A stretch of DNA of 61,372 nt, the filler included, from Sphacelaria rigidula (Eukaryota), in the NCBI GenBank assembly GCA_964200075.2. It is 9 parts of 9 records of this genome, joined end to end, with 100 filler letters (N's around TTAATTAATTAA, not from the genome) between each part and the next. Parts side by side here need not be neighbours in the genome. Positions count along the whole stretch, not along the records: positions 54,644 to 61,372 come from CAXNAA020018380.1; 8 more parts are not named here. One strand, given 5' to 3'. The stretch's first letter is position 1. Every line of letters starts with the position of its first letter. The notes under the pieces are model-generated. The model ran no database searches and was not told the DNA's origin. It saw only the letters and a program-made list of their open reading frames with translations. Shown here in pieces: positions 61,262 to 61,372 of this stretch. The position numbers and the translations under genes were made by a program.

Positions 61262-61372
61262 ACAATGAATCCTGGAAAATGGGGTTGATGCAAAATAGGG
61301 GGTTGAGGTGACATTTCTCTTTTGCAGGGAAGACGCGAAACACTAGCGACCTAACGAAGCCATCTTCCTCCC
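61262..61372 (-). repeat. Dispersed repeat family C at window end
   Basis: Reverse complement of 6970..7040 joined to 7297..7346. Confidence 0.75.

Overview
Eukaryotic, repeat-rich, intron-rich DNA, almost certainly from a brown alga (Phaeophyceae): the beta-tubulin ends ...[17 protein letters not shown], and introns are long with G/C homopolymer runs. The window is not one locus. It is nine unrelated contigs of 6731 down to 6729 bp, sorted by length and joined by a synthetic 100-bp linker (N44-TTAATTAATTAA-N44), so no synteny can be read across linkers. Host genes: one complete beta-tubulin lying head-to-head with a second, partial beta-tubulin (GC-AG intron, signs of gene conversion); three exons of a strongly divergent TFIIB-like gene; three exons of an SLT/SLC13-type Na+/sulfate-like transporter with TrkA-C domains; a probable terminal ABCG exon; and a few unassigned exons. 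The rest is transposon debris: two LINE relics (one interrupted by a solo LTR with a clean 5-bp TSD), a hAT relic, a Gypsy protease scrap, a decayed transposase-like gene that appears to carry a WRN-type 3'-5' exonuclease, and many fold-back/MITE elements. The best candidate for an undescribed system is an abundant non-coding ~560-bp element family (A, with short relative B). It has a direct repeat plus tail structure, forms tandems and sits in poly-C/G runs. All calls were made by eye; no database search was run.
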